Assembly: GCA_043739185.1 (NCBI GenBank)
Contig: JAYUEN010000523.1
Location: 1 to 26,599 of the forward strand
DNA length: 26,599 nucleotides
Reading direction: 5' to 3'
DNA from: Bdellovibrionales bacterium
GTDB lineage: Bacteria; Bdellovibrionota; Bdellovibrionia; Bdellovibrionales; JAMPXM01
The notes beneath the pieces were generated by a model. It was not told the DNA's origin. It worked only from the letters and a program-made list of their open reading frames with translations, and ran no database searches. How positions within the stretch are numbered: the first letter of the stretch is position 1; the number at the start of each line of letters is the position of its first letter. This document shows, piece after piece, positions 25,998-26,599 of this stretch. Position numbers and translations under genes: made by a program.

Positions 25998-26599
25998 CTA
26001 ACTCTCATCCTTCGCCAAATGAGTTTTAGATTTCCAGATGTAAAAAATGACGGGATAAATGAGAAGTTCCAAAAGAAACGAAGTTAAAAGCCCGCCTATC
26101 ATGGGTGCTGCTATCCGCTTCATAACGTCAGATCCTGCCCCAAGCGACCACATGATTGGGATGAGTCCGATAGAGAGAGCCGCAACTGTCATTAGTTTTG
26201 GGCGAACTCTGTGAACTGCACCTTCTATGACGGCAGCTTTTAAATCTGAAAGAGACCGCATATTGCCACTTCGAACACGATCATCAAAAGCTAAATCAAG
26301 ATACATGAGCATAAAGACGCCCGTTTCGGCATCAAGGCCTAGAAGTGCTATCATTCCCACCCATGCCGCAATAGAAAGATTGTAACCAAGAAATAGTAAA
26401 AACCAAACAGCGCCGATCAGTGAAAACGGCACCGCTAGTAAAATGATACTCGTTTTGATCCAAGACTTTGTGTTAAAGAAAAGAAGAAAAATAATGAGAA
26501 TGAGTGTAATGGGAATGACAAACTTAAGGCGCTCTTTGACTCGCTCCATATTTTCAAATTGGCCGCTCCAAGAGATCAGGTATCCCTTGGGCACATCAA
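25998..26599 (-). CDS. cusA: CusA/CzcA heavy-metal efflux RND permease, C-terminal part (5' end beyond the window)
   Basis: WSGQFENM, AVPFSLIGA, ALLGLDAETGVFM, EGAVHRVRPKLMT, GSDVMKRIAAPMIGG. Confidence 0.93.
   Translation of the reverse strand, partial: DVPKGYLISWSGQFENMERVKERLKFVIPITLILIIFLLFFNTKSWIKTSIILLAVPFSLIGAVWFLLFLGYNLSIAAWVGMIALLGLDAETGVFMLMYLDLAFDDRVRSGNMRSLSDLKAAVIEGAVHRVRPKLMTVAALSIGLIPIMWSLGAGSDVMKRIAAPMIGGLLTSFLLELLIYPVIFYIWKSKTHLAKDES

Noticed and set aside
1..26599. CRISPR arrays, rRNA, riboswitches, defence systems
   Set aside because: No regularly spaced repeats or recognisable conserved motifs were seen by eye; an Rfam covariance search was not possible.

Overview
This is a bacterial chromosomal window of roughly 40% GC, most consistent with a Bdellovibrionota (predatory) genome. 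That assignment is inferred from an FQNC-type lipoprotein, tandem DUF4360 proteins, a degenerate HD-GYP protein and many secreted Cys-containing hypotheticals. The left end is housekeeping: tRNA-Thr(GGT), tuf and tRNA-Trp on the minus strand, divergent from a heterodimeric MdlAB-like ABC exporter. The rest is a patchwork of mostly exported or envelope genes: a stand-alone HAMP membrane protein, an M48-like HEXXH metallopeptidase, an outer-membrane porin, a SCO protein, a degenerate HD-GYP protein, DUF3617, a GNAT, a VWA/Ca-binding MtsD-like lipoprotein, an SLT lytic transglycosylase, a 715-aa secreted protein ending in a degenerate PI3K/PI4K/HipA-like kinase domain, a beta-propeller-like lipoprotein, a DUF883 + DUF3309 pair (DUF3309 is missing from the ORF track), two DUF4360 paralogs, a helical-repeat-like protein and the 3' end of a CusA/CzcA RND permease. 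The most notable items are the candidate polymorphic pseudokinase effector behind a sigma28 promoter (apparently leaderless) and four sigma54-type promoters in front of envelope or stress genes. No CRISPR array, rRNA, integrase or transposase was seen.
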